Shown here piece by piece: positions 48,026-57,081 of a DNA stretch of 64,000 nucleotides. The translations under genes and the position numbers were made by a program. Positions within the stretch are counted from its first letter, which is position 1; each line of letters starts with the position of its first letter. The stretch lies in assembly GCA_963746775.1 (NCBI GenBank), contig CAVVCK010000002.1, forward strand, positions 232,978 through 296,977, written 5' to 3'. The notes beneath the pieces are model-generated. The model was not told where the DNA came from and made no database searches. It worked only from the letters and a program-made list of their open reading frames with translations. The stretch is from an uncultured bacterium (GTDB lineage: Bacteria > Patescibacteriota > JABMPQ01 > CAVVCK01).

Positions 48026-48757
48026 TTATTTTTTTGTCGGATGAATATTTCTATTATCAACAGACTTTATTACTCTTTCTCTATAATTATTCTTAATTGT
48101 ATCTGATAATAAATTACACATTAGTTCTATTGATTTGATAGCATCATCGTTAGAAGGAATAGGATAATCTATTATTTCAGGATTAGCATTGGTATCAACC
48201 AAAGATATAACTGGAATACCCATTTTCCTAGCTTCATTTAAAGGAATAAAATCGTGCACACAATTTACAATGAAAATAGCACTTGGCAGCTCATCCATAG
48301 TAACTAGTCCGCCAAAGAGCCTTTCTAGTCTTTCTATCTCGTCTTTTAATAAAATCTGCTCTTTCTTGGTATACTTTTCAAATTCCCCAGCATCATTTTT
48401 AGTTTTTAAATTTATTAATTTCTGTATTTGCTTTTTTATAGTCTTAAAATTAGTAAAAGCTCCACCCGACCATCTTTCAACGATGTAAGGCATTTTGCAT
48501 TCAATAGCTGCTTTTTTCACTAAATCCTTGGCTTGTTTCTTGGTGCCAATAAATAAAATTTTCTTACCTTCTGAAGCTAGGCTGGCAGCATAATTTAGAG
48601 CTTCTTCTAACTTTACTTGAGTTTTCTGCAAATCAATAATGTGAATTCCTTCTTTTTTCGTAAAAATAAAAGGAGACATCTTGGGATTCCATTTAGATGT
48701 TCGGTGGCCAAAGTGAACTCCGGCCTTTAATAAGTCATTAAGGTCAATTTTTTGCAT
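48026..48757 (-). CDS. rpsB: 30S ribosomal protein S2
   Basis: LLKAGVHFGHRTSKWNPKM N-terminus; 243 aa. Confidence 0.9.
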   Translation of the reverse strand: MQKIDLNDLLKAGVHFGHRTSKWNPKMSPFIFTKKEGIHIIDLQKTQVKLEEALNYAASLASEGKKILFIGTKKQAKDLVKKAAIECKMPYIVERWSGGAFTNFKTIKKQIQKLINLKTKNDAGEFEKYTKKEQILLKDEIERLERLFGGLVTMDELPSAIFIVNCVHDFIPLNEARKMGIPVISLVDTNANPEIIDYPIPSNDDAIKSIELMCNLLSDTIKNNYRERVIKSVDNRNIHPTKK

Positions 48758-48769
48758 GTTTTTTCCTTT

Positions 48770-48952
48770 TTATCACGTACGAAATTTTGATGCTTACATC
48801 ACGTACGAAATTTCAACGCATATATTATAGTTGTAAATAAAGCGCCAAAATTTCGTACGTGATACAATAAAACTTTTTTCTATTGAATAAAATTGTTCAA
48901 AAAGAAAATAATAATATTATACACTCGAAATTTCGTACGTGGTTTAATCCTC
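48770..48952. promoter_or_regulatory. Four copies (two direct, two inverted) of 14-16-bp motif ATCACGTACGAAATTT upstream of rpsB-tsf-pyrH
   Basis: Copies at ~48772, ~48798 (plus orientation) and ~48848, ~48935 (reverse complement); palindromic CGTACG core. Confidence 0.5.
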
Positions 48953-49072
48953 CGCCTTTATCATTTTATCTTTTTACCCATTTTAGGGCAAGGAAAAGAT
49001 AATCAAAAAGCGTGTGTTTTTTAATAAATAATTCACTTAGAAATATAACATAACTGAAAAATATATCAAGGT

Positions 49073-49831
49073 TTATTGTCTATTTTTCGCAACAGTACAA
49101 ATATTATATCCCTCATTTACATCACTCCTCTTCCCTTTCTTAACATAATATATATCTGCAATTTTGAATCCTGCTTTTTTCAATAAATTCTCAATTTCTT
49201 TCTTGGTAAAAGCATGATAATATCTTTCTATTTTTTTATTATTTATTTTTTCTTTCCCATGATGAGTATTTCCAAATTCTTTCCAAGAAATTAAAGTATC
49301 ATTTTCACTCAACTCAAATTTTCCCTCTAAACGTAGCCTGTTATATTTATTTACATATTCTATTTTGTCTTTCTGAAATAAATTCCAGTTCAACATTATT
49401 AGATAGCCGCCTGGCTTTAGTGCTTTTTTAATTTTTTTCAAAACCCTAAGTCTTAATTCCTCTGATGGAATATGTTGTAAAACAGCAATTATAAAAATTA
49501 AATCAAATTCTTTGTCAAAACTCATTTCTAGTAAATCTTCTACTGCAAATTTACCCTTATCAAAATTCTTGTATTTTTCTTTGGCAATATCAATCAGCTC
49601 CTGGCAATTATCTATACCTAAATAATTGATGTTTTTATCTTTTAAAATCGAAAATAGTCTTCCGTTGCCACAACCAATATCTAAAATTTTTTGATCATCT
49701 TTTGCATATTTTTCTACTAAAATGTTTAGCTCATTCCATATTCTTTCCCTGGTAATAGAAAATTCGCAAGCAATAACGCTATAATCTTTTTTTACCTTCT
49801 TTAATATTTTTTGGATAGTCTTCGAGTCCAT
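49073..49831 (-). CDS. Class I SAM-dependent methyltransferase
   Basis: ILDIGCGNGRL motif I, acidic motif II, 252 aa. Confidence 0.6.
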   Translation of the reverse strand: MDSKTIQKILKKVKKDYSVIACEFSITRERIWNELNILVEKYAKDDQKILDIGCGNGRLFSILKDKNINYLGIDNCQELIDIAKEKYKNFDKGKFAVEDLLEMSFDKEFDLIFIIAVLQHIPSEELRLRVLKKIKKALKPGGYLIMLNWNLFQKDKIEYVNKYNRLRLEGKFELSENDTLISWKEFGNTHHGKEKINNKKIERYYHAFTKKEIENLLKKAGFKIADIYYVKKGKRSDVNEGYNICTVAKNRQ

Positions 49832-49835
49832 ATCA

Positions 49836-50411
49836 TTACTTATCTTTTTTTAAACCCTTGTACCATTCATTCCTATCCATGCTCTCAATTTCTTCCAATA
49901 ATTCTTTGGCCGAATCGGTCATTAAGGCTTTTTTAATATTTATAATCCAGTCCATACAACCTTTATAACCAATATCAACATATTCTTTGGCAGCAATAGC
50001 CTGTTCTAAATAATCTGCATCTTTAGCACACTGGGCTTCAATAGTTTTTCTCTCTTCAAATTCTTCATATATTTCCCTAAAATCTTTTTCTATATCATCT
50101 GGCAATCGTTTAAATTGATCCAAAGCCGCCTCCCTTTCTCCTTTGTCCGTATCAATATAGCGGGTAACAATACGATGGGCATCATTAATCCTTGCTTCCC
50201 CATTATCATGGATTAAGACCATAAATGAAGTTTTAAAGGGATCCGCTTTCTCCATCTTAGCTAATATAAAAGCTATTTGGGCTGCTCGATGAGAATGCTC
50301 AGCAATACTCTCTGGATTAGAAACTCCAGCAACCGTCCAGCCACAATGTTTTACCCGCCACATCTGCCCTAATTCAAATAAAAGTTTAGTTAATTCTTTT
50401 TTGTCTGACAT
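49836..50411 (-). CDS. HD-domain phosphohydrolase (YfbR/5'-deoxynucleotidase-like)
   Basis: ESIAEHSHRAAQIAFILA ... LIHDNGEARINDAHR HD motif. Confidence 0.6.
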   Translation of the reverse strand: MSDKKELTKLLFELGQMWRVKHCGWTVAGVSNPESIAEHSHRAAQIAFILAKMEKADPFKTSFMVLIHDNGEARINDAHRIVTRYIDTDKGEREAALDQFKRLPDDIEKDFREIYEEFEERKTIEAQCAKDADYLEQAIAAKEYVDIGYKGCMDWIINIKKALMTDSAKELLEEIESMDRNEWYKGLKKDK

Positions 50412-50512
50412 ATTTTTTTCTTGTAGAAAGCCTTGATTTAGGCTTTATTTTTAATTAATTAAAATATATAATTATAATTCATAAAAAGCTTTAAAATTTA
50501 TAAGCTTTACTC

Positions 50513-50575
50513 GCATAGCAGCTGGACTCCAGTTCAGCCTGGAACGCAGGGCAGACTGGGGTCTAGCCGCTACAC
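50513..50575 (+). repeat. GC-rich ~63-nt structured element, copy 1 (16 nt upstream of elp3 start)
   Basis: GCATAGCAGCTGGACTCCAGTTCAGCCTGGAACGCAGGGCAGACTGGGGTCTAGCCGCTACAC; aligns with reverse complement of 52674..52739 with compensatory stem changes. Confidence 0.6.
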
Positions 50576-50595
50576 AATATAATATACAACTGTAA

Positions 50596-52236
50596 ATGCA
50601 ACAAACCATCATAAAAAATTTAATCCTTGATCTGCTTAAATTAAATAATCCAAATCTACCCAAACTTGAAAAGATAAAGAAATTATACGCTAAAAAATAC
50701 AAAATTAGCGTTATTCCTAATACCTCAATAATAGAGACTTATCAAGGTTTAGTCAAAAATAATAAAATTAAAAGTAACAAAAAATTTGAAGAATTTTTGA
50801 AAACTAAAAAAACCAGATCGCTATCTGGAATTGTCTCGGTTGCCATTTTCACCAAACCAACTCCCTGCCCTGGTAGATGTATTTACTGCCCAGATCAAAA
50901 AGATATGCCCAAAAGTTATTTAGATAATGAACCAGCCGTTATGCGCGCCATACTTTGCAATTATGATCCCGCAAAACAGATCCAAGCTAGAATTAAAGCT
51001 TTAGAAATTAACGGACATCCTACCGATAAAATTGAATTAATTGTTATGGGAGGTACGTGGAGCGTACATCCTAAAAGATACCAAAATAATTTTATTAAAA
51101 AATGTTTTCAGACTTGTAATGCTAAGGAGTCCCAGCGAAAGCTGGAGAAGATCAACACTCCAAGCGTTAAAATCTCTGACTATCGTCAGGACTCCGAATT
51201 AAAATCTGAACAAAAGAAAAATGAAAAAGCCAAGCACAGAATTATTGGCCTAACTCTAGAAACCCGTCCTGATTATATTAATCAAAAAGAAATATTGCAC
51301 ATGAGAGAATTAGGCGCAACTCGCGTCGAATTAGGGGTACAAAGCATCTATGATGATATTTTAAAATTTTGTAATAGAGGGCACTTAGTAGATCAAACTA
51401 TCAAGGCAACAAAACTTTTAAAAGATGCTGGCTTTAAAATTAATTACCACATGATGCCTAATCTGCCCGGAAGCTCTAGAGAAAAAGATTTAAAGATGTT
51501 TGAAGATTTATTCTCCAGAGAAGAATTCCAACCAGATATGTTAAAAATTTATCCTTGCGTCTTAACCAAATATTCTGAACTTTATAATTTATGGAAGAAT
51601 GGAAAATATAAACCTTACACTGATCAGGAAATTATAAACTTGTTAATTAAAATAAAACAAAAAATCCCTAAATATGTTCGCATAATGAGATTAGGCCGTG
51701 ATATCCCGGCTAATAATATTATCGCTGGTAATAAAATTTCCAATATTAGGCAAGAGATAAAAAGAATATTTGAAAAAGAAGATTTAAAATGTAAATGTAT
51801 TAGATGTCGAGAAGTTAGAGATATAGAATTTAAAATGAATAATGTAGAATTAAAGAGATATGATTACAAAGCATCCGGAGGAAAAGAGATATTTCTATCT
51901 TTCGAAGATAAGAAAAATGATAAATTGTTGGCCTTTTTGCGCCTACGTATCCCCTCTCAATATTTCACTAAAGAATCTCATTTTATAAAAAGCTTAAATA
52001 ATTCTTCTATAATTCGCGAACTGCATACTTATGGTGAATTAATTCCCATTAGCAGCAAAGGTAAAATACAACATTTTGGTTTTGGTAAAAAATTAATCAA
52101 AGAGGCTGAAAAAATTACTAAAAAAGAATTCAAATTAAATAAAATTACTGTTATTTCTGGAGTGGGAGTTAGGGGGTATTATAGAAAGCAAGGATATAAA
52201 CTAAAAGATAGTTACATGATTAAAAACTTAAAATAG
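50596..52236 (+). CDS. elp3: Elp3-family radical-SAM/GNAT tRNA carboxymethyluridine synthase homolog
   Basis: Radical-SAM CPGRCIYCP cluster motif, central Elp3 domain, C-terminal GNAT motif IRELHTYGELIPISS...QHFGFGKKLIKEAE...ISGVGVRGYYRKQGY. Confidence 0.8.
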   Translation: MQQTIIKNLILDLLKLNNPNLPKLEKIKKLYAKKYKISVIPNTSIIETYQGLVKNNKIKSNKKFEEFLKTKKTRSLSGIVSVAIFTKPTPCPGRCIYCPDQKDMPKSYLDNEPAVMRAILCNYDPAKQIQARIKALEINGHPTDKIELIVMGGTWSVHPKRYQNNFIKKCFQTCNAKESQRKLEKINTPSVKISDYRQDSELKSEQKKNEKAKHRIIGLTLETRPDYINQKEILHMRELGATRVELGVQSIYDDILKFCNRGHLVDQTIKATKLLKDAGFKINYHMMPNLPGSSREKDLKMFEDLFSREEFQPDMLKIYPCVLTKYSELYNLWKNGKYKPYTDQEIINLLIKIKQKIPKYVRIMRLGRDIPANNIIAGNKISNIRQEIKRIFEKEDLKCKCIRCREVRDIEFKMNNVELKRYDYKASGGKEIFLSFEDKKNDKLLAFLRLRIPSQYFTKESHFIKSLNNSSIIRELHTYGELIPISSKGKIQHFGFGKKLIKEAEKITKKEFKLNKITVISGVGVRGYYRKQGYKLKDSYMIKNLK

Positions 52237-52296
52237 TATTGATATATTAAAGAAATTCAGTATACTATCTATTATATACAAATTATAATTATTATT

Positions 52297-52575
52297 ATGA
52301 AAGACAAAATTCATCCAAAATACGTCAATTGCACAATCACTTGCGGTTGTGGAAACACTATTAAAACTAAATCCATAAAGCCAGAAATGAGAATAGAAAT
52401 CTGCTCTGCCTGTCATCCTTTCTATACTGGCCAAGAAAGATTAGTTGACACAGCTGGCCGTGTTGATAAATTCAAAGAAAGACTAGCCAAAGCTAAAAAA
52501 ATACAAGCTAAACCAAAAAAGACTAAAGACCAAAAGAAAGCAACCAAAGCCAAAAAAGCTAAATCTAAAAGATAG
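52297..52575 (+). CDS. rpmE: 50S ribosomal protein L31 with lysine-rich C-terminal tail
   Basis: [20 protein letters not shown]...[11 protein letters not shown] zinc-ribbon L31; KAKKxQAKPKK tail. Confidence 0.85.
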   Translation: MKDKIHPKYVNCTITCGCGNTIKTKSIKPEMRIEICSACHPFYTGQERLVDTAGRVDKFKERLAKAKKIQAKPKKTKDQKKATKAKKAKSKR

Positions 52576-52597
52576 CTAAAATAATTTTTAAATACTA

Positions 52598-52626
52598 TAA
52601 TCAGAGGATAATCCTCTGATTTTATG
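52598..52626 (+). terminator. Intrinsic terminator after rpmE
   Basis: aatCAGAGGAtaaTCCTCTGatttt. Confidence 0.55.
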
Positions 52627-52673
52627 TTATAATAATATTAAATTTATTCTTTTATAATTTACACATTTATATC

Positions 52674-52739
52674 GCGTAGTCGGCGGACCCTTGTCCGCCC
52701 TGTATTTTAAACTGGACTGGGATCCAGCTACTACGCAAA
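52674..52739 (-). repeat. GC-rich ~66-nt structured element, copy 2 (inverted; 12 nt upstream of prfA start)
   Basis: Reverse complement GCGTAGTAGCTGGATCCCAGTCCAGTTTAAAATACAGGGCGGACAAGGGTCCGCCGACTACGC; P1 GCGTAGT/ACTACGC, hairpins CTGG-ATC-CCAG and GGCGGAC-AAGG-GTCCGCC. Confidence 0.6.
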
Positions 52740-52751
52740 ACCTCTAAACTT

Positions 52752-53822
52752 ATGATCTTAAATAAAACAAAAAAAATAGAAGATGAGTATAAACAAATTG
52801 CAGATGATCTAGCTAACCCTGCTGTTACTTCCGATCATCAAAAATTACAAAAATTATCTAAAAGACAAGCGGAATTAGAAGATATTATTCAAAAAATAAA
52901 CAAGCTTAAGAAAATAAAAGAAGATATAAAACAATCTCAAGATATGGTTGAAAATGAGCAGGATCAGGAATTAATAGCTCTAGCCGAAGAAGATATAAAT
53001 AATTTAAAATCAGAAGAGAGTAAATTAAACCAGGAACTAGAAATAGAATTATTGCCCCGAGATCCTAATGATGCCAATAACGCTATTATAGAAATTAGAG
53101 CTGGCGTTGGCGGCGATGAAGCTGAGCTTTTTGCAGCCAATTTATATCGTATGTATAATCGCTACGCAGCCAGCAAGGGTTTTAGTGTTGAAGTCCTAAA
53201 TTCCAACCGATCAGAGTTAGGAGGATTCAAAGAAATAGTTTTTCAGATTAAAGGTACTAACGCTTATGGTATTTTTAAATACGAGAGTGGAGTTCATCGT
53301 GTGCAGAGAGTTCCAGAAACAGAAAAAGCTGGACGTATCCATACCTCAACTGCCACCGTCGCTGTACTGCCGGAAATAAAAGAAATTGATATAGATATCA
53401 AGCCAGAAGATATTAGAGTAGATGTTTTCCATGCTTCTGGTCATGGAGGACAGGGAGTAAATACTACTGATTCAGCTGTCCGAATTACCCACCTTCCTTC
53501 TGGCATAGTTGTTACCTGCCAGGACGAGAGATCACAAATCAAAAACCGCGCCAAGGCTATGAAGGTTTTACAATCAAAATTATTTATGAATAAAGAAGAA
53601 GAAGAAGCCAACAGAAGAGATAAAGCCAGACGCATTCAAATAGGTTCGGGTATGCGCAGTGAAAAAATAAGAACCTACAATTATCCTCAGGATAGAATTA
53701 CGGATCATAGGATAAAATTAAGCTTAAATAATATTGAAGAAGTCCTAAACGGCAATATAGATAAATTAATATCAAAATTAAAAGAAGAAGATCAGAAATT
53801 AAAAATGGAGAATTTAAAATAA
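52752..53822 (+). CDS. prfA: Peptide chain release factor 1
   Basis: GGQ motif ([28 protein letters not shown]), PxT-type decoding region; 356 aa. Confidence 0.9.
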   Translation: MILNKTKKIEDEYKQIADDLANPAVTSDHQKLQKLSKRQAELEDIIQKINKLKKIKEDIKQSQDMVENEQDQELIALAEEDINNLKSEESKLNQELEIELLPRDPNDANNAIIEIRAGVGGDEAELFAANLYRMYNRYAASKGFSVEVLNSNRSELGGFKEIVFQIKGTNAYGIFKYESGVHRVQRVPETEKAGRIHTSTATVAVLPEIKEIDIDIKPEDIRVDVFHASGHGGQGVNTTDSAVRITHLPSGIVVTCQDERSQIKNRAKAMKVLQSKLFMNKEEEEANRRDKARRIQIGSGMRSEKIRTYNYPQDRITDHRIKLSLNNIEEVLNGNIDKLISKLKEEDQKLKMENLK

Positions 53823-53843
53823 CATTTATAGGGGTTCAAAATT

Positions 53844-55043
53844 TTGAACCCCTACAAAAAACTTATGAAAAACAAAAACACTAACAAAACAAAAACATCC
53901 ATTAAAGAAATATTTTCTATTCTAGGCCTATTTTTAATTTGGCGAATTATTTTGCAATTTATCGCTTTCCTAAGTAAAAACAGATTTTCACTAAATCCTG
54001 ATACTGGCTATGGCAATATTGAATCTTGGGAAGCACCTATTGCCAATTTTTTTAAATATTGGATCAGATGGGATTCTGGATTTTATTTGCAAATTGCGGA
54101 ACACGGCTACTATTTTGACCAAGCAAACAACTTATCTAATACACCCTTTTTTCCCCTATATCCCCTCTTGATTAATACCTTAGGAATTGTATTCGGAAAT
54201 TTATATGCTGGACTAGCCATCTCCTTCATATCAACTTTCTTGGCTTGTTTCTATTTGTACAAATTAGCCAAAACCCATCTTAAAGAAAGAGCGGCTATAA
54301 GATCAGTTTTTTATTTTCTAATTTTTCCTACAGCTATATTCTTATCTGCTATATATACTGAATCCTTATTTATGGCTTTATCTATCGCCTCTTTTTATTA
54401 TGCTAGACGCAACCAGTGGCTATATTCAGGTATATTTGGCTTTCTGGCAGCACTAACAAGGCCTCAAGGTATTTTATTATTTCCCGTACTGCTATTCGAA
54501 TACTTGGAACAAAAGAAATTTAATATTAAAAAGATAAGACTAAATACTCTCTGGACATTATTAGTACCTGCTGGACTTTTTGTTTATATGTATTATTTAA
54601 AAATAAAGTTTGGAAGTTTTTTCTTATTCATTTCCGCCCAAAATAGCTGGGGCAGAAGTACAAATTTTTCTGCTAAGTCCGTTTATGATACCTTTTCTAA
54701 TTATTTTCATGACCTTTTCTTTCCTGGAGTTGAAAGCTTCACTTATTATTTAGTAAAAGACTTAGATTTATTTTTCTTTTTATCATTTTTGGTGCTTTCA
54801 ATAATTGTATTTGTAAAATTTAGAATGTCCTACGGTTTCTATATGGTTCTAAGCTTAATGATACCTCTGATGACTTCTTCTTTAATGAGTATTAATAGAT
54901 TCGTTTTGCTTCTATTCCCCACTTATATTTATTTAGCCAAGATCAGCAAAAATCAAATTATCCAATACAGCATAATATTGCTTTTCTCTTCTCTTTTTGT
55001 AATATATACTATTCTATTCACCAATTGGTATTGGGCAGGGTAA
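53844..55043 (+). CDS. Polytopic membrane protein, GT-C/PIG-V-like mannosyltransferase family (putative)
   Basis: ~11 TM helices; WDSGFYLQIAEHGYY motif resembling PIG-V/DUF2029-type glycosyltransferases. Confidence 0.4.
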   Translation: MNPYKKLMKNKNTNKTKTSIKEIFSILGLFLIWRIILQFIAFLSKNRFSLNPDTGYGNIESWEAPIANFFKYWIRWDSGFYLQIAEHGYYFDQANNLSNTPFFPLYPLLINTLGIVFGNLYAGLAISFISTFLACFYLYKLAKTHLKERAAIRSVFYFLIFPTAIFLSAIYTESLFMALSIASFYYARRNQWLYSGIFGFLAALTRPQGILLFPVLLFEYLEQKKFNIKKIRLNTLWTLLVPAGLFVYMYYLKIKFGSFFLFISAQNSWGRSTNFSAKSVYDTFSNYFHDLFFPGVESFTYYLVKDLDLFFFLSFLVLSIIVFVKFRMSYGFYMVLSLMIPLMTSSLMSINRFVLLLFPTYIYLAKISKNQIIQYSIILLFSSLFVIYTILFTNWYWAG

Positions 55044-55116
55044 AATAATAAATAATACAAAAAATAAAAATAGAAAAAATAATTTTCCTGGCTTTAGCCA
55101 GCTAATTAATAATTCC

Positions 55117-56019
55117 ATGAAATTTAATAAATCGATGTTTATAAAAGAAGTACTAAAATTATCCTTCCAAAAACTTAAAAATATATCTACTACTCCTGAT
55201 CTAGATTCAGAAATATTATTATCACACGTCTTAAAAAATGATCGCGCTTTTCTATTAGCCAATTTAGATAAAAAAATAACTTCCAGCCATTATAAAACTT
55301 TTCAGAAATTAATAACTCGACGCGCTAAACATGAACCTATTGCCTATATTACAAATAATAAGGAATTTTATGGACTTAATTTTTATGTAAATCACGATGT
55401 ATTAATTCCCCGCCCCGAAACTGAATTAATCGTTGAAAATGTTATAAACGTTGTAAACAATCGATCTCAACGCGCAAAGCAATCGAACGTTTTAAACATT
55501 TGCGACGTTGGCACCGGTTCCGGCTGCATCGCTATTGCTCTTGCTAAAAATATCCCTCAAGCCAAAATTTACGCTGCCGATATTTCCAAGAAAGCGCTAG
55601 ATGTAGCTAAATTTAACGCTAAAAGACATAAAGTTTTAAGTAAAATAAAATTCTATAATGGAAATTTATTAGAACCAATTCCTAAAAAAATAAAGTTTAA
55701 TATCATAATTGCTAATCTTCCCTATCTCTCAGAAAAACAATATATAAATATTGTAGAGGACAGGCATGCCTGTCCTCTACAATACGAACCCAAATCAGCC
55801 CTCATAGCAAAAAATCATGGTATGGAATTTTATATAAAATTATTAAAACAAGTTCCAAAATATATTAAAAAAGAAGGCTATATATTATTGGAAATAGATC
55901 CTTCTTTTGAGAATAAAATTATTTTTGAGACCATAAATATTTTAAAAATTAAAAGAAATCAAATAAATATAAAACCCGATCTGCAAGGATTGAGTCGGGT
56001 TTTAACAATTAATATTTAA
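55117..56019 (+). CDS. prmC: Release-factor glutamine N5-methyltransferase PrmC (HemK)
   Basis: CDVGTGSGCIAIALA motif I and IIANLPYL (NPPY-type) motif; follows prfA; contains an in-frame 28-bp perfect palindrome at 55756..55783. Confidence 0.8.
   Translation: MKFNKSMFIKEVLKLSFQKLKNISTTPDLDSEILLSHVLKNDRAFLLANLDKKITSSHYKTFQKLITRRAKHEPIAYITNNKEFYGLNFYVNHDVLIPRPETELIVENVINVVNNRSQRAKQSNVLNICDVGTGSGCIAIALAKNIPQAKIYAADISKKALDVAKFNAKRHKVLSKIKFYNGNLLEPIPKKIKFNIIIANLPYLSEKQYINIVEDRHACPLQYEPKSALIAKNHGMEFYIKLLKQVPKYIKKEGYILLEIDPSFENKIIFETINILKIKRNQINIKPDLQGLSRVLTINI
55756..55783. repeat. 28-bp perfect palindrome GTAGAGGACAGGCATGCCTGTCCTCTAC inside prmC coding sequence
   Basis: Encodes VEDRHACPLQ segment; shares 14-nt core ACAGGCATGCCTGT with the znuC-znuB intercistronic palindrome. 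Confidence 0.6.
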
Positions 56020-56050
56020 ATTAATTTTATATTCTAGGCTTTATTATTCA

Positions 56051-56455
56051 CTAATCACCTTCATAGCCTTCATATCTATATCGTTCTTCTGGATGTTTTT
56101 TTCTTCTTCTTTCTTCTGCGCTTTCTACTCTTATTAGCTCATCTCCCATAGCAGAACGTGACTCTAAAGACTCTTCACTTCCTTCACGCATACGCTGAAT
56201 CCCAAATCTAGGTTTAGATCCATATTCATATTGTTTTCTAACTACAAATTTCCCTTCTTCTCCTTTTACCAAACAAATATCGCCTGTATGTAAAGGTTCT
56301 AATTTATCCTTCTCCTCCCCAGAAGGCTTTTTTTCTAATTCTTCCTGTTCTTCTTCTATCCCTGCTCGCCTTCCAACTTCTGCTGCGTTAGAAATTCCAG
56401 CATCATATTTACCCATATTCTTGTTTTTATTTATTAAAATTTTATATAATTCCAT
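56051..56455 (-). CDS. Hypothetical charged protein (134 aa)
   Basis: ORF only; Glu/Lys/Arg-rich with central GDICLVKGEEGKFVVRKQYEYGSKPRFG segment. Confidence 0.3.
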   Translation of the reverse strand: MELYKILINKNKNMGKYDAGISNAAEVGRRAGIEEEQEELEKKPSGEEKDKLEPLHTGDICLVKGEEGKFVVRKQYEYGSKPRFGIQRMREGSEESLESRSAMGDELIRVESAEERRRKKHPEERYRYEGYEGD

Positions 56456-56480
56456 AAAAATTAAACACTAAGTTTAATTT

Positions 56481-56759
56481 TTATGTTTTTTCTACTTTTT
56501 TAGTACCTTCTCCTTCTACGTATTGGGGTTCATTCGGGTCTGTAGGTTTTTGATCTCTGTTTTTTGCTTCCTTAAATTGTTTTTCTAATTTTTTAATACC
56601 TTCTCCTTCTACATATTGGGGTTCATTCGGGTCTGTAGGTTTTTGATCTCTGTTTTTTGCTTCCTTAAATTGTTTTTCTAATTTTTTAATACCTTCTCCT
56701 TCTACATATTGGGGTTCATTTGGAGAAACCGGGGAAAAACCTTCGGGATTTTTATTCAT
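56481..56759 (-). CDS. Tandem-repeat protein (three 31-aa repeats PNEPQYVEGEGIKKLEKQFKEAKNRDQKPTD)
   Basis: Underlying 93-bp DNA tandem repeat x ~2.8 at 56500..56760, nearly identical copies. Confidence 0.4.
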   Translation of the reverse strand: MNKNPEGFSPVSPNEPQYVEGEGIKKLEKQFKEAKNRDQKPTDPNEPQYVEGEGIKKLEKQFKEAKNRDQKPTDPNEPQYVEGEGTKKVEKT

Positions 56760-57081
56760 GTGTTTTTGTTATTTATTAAAATTTTACACTTATGTTATTT
56801 CATAAAAATTAATTAAAAATTTAATTCTTATGAATGCTAACATTTAAGCCTCTATTTCTTCTTTTTCCTTATTTTTAGACATTTTTTCTTCTGCAAGTCT
56901 TTCTTTTTTGGCTATTTCTTGCAGATATAGTTTCATTTCAAAATCTACTTCGATATTCATTTTTTTGTTTTTATTTTTTATTTTTTTTAACCCCGTAGGA
57001 TTATTTTATCTTCATCTATATTATAGCATAAAATTAAAAAAGAGTCTATAGTAGACTCTTTTTTACACCTTATTATTTAAT

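Noticed and set aside
50472-50702. 76-aa minus-strand ORF spanning the structured element and the elp3 start
   Set aside because: It overlaps the well-supported elp3 start and the GC-rich repeat element, and its translation has no protein-like features.
56500-56760. Tandem 93-bp repeats as a CRISPR array
   Set aside because: Units are contiguous with no unique spacers, are 93 bp long and lie inside an ORF encoding a repeat protein. No cas genes are nearby.
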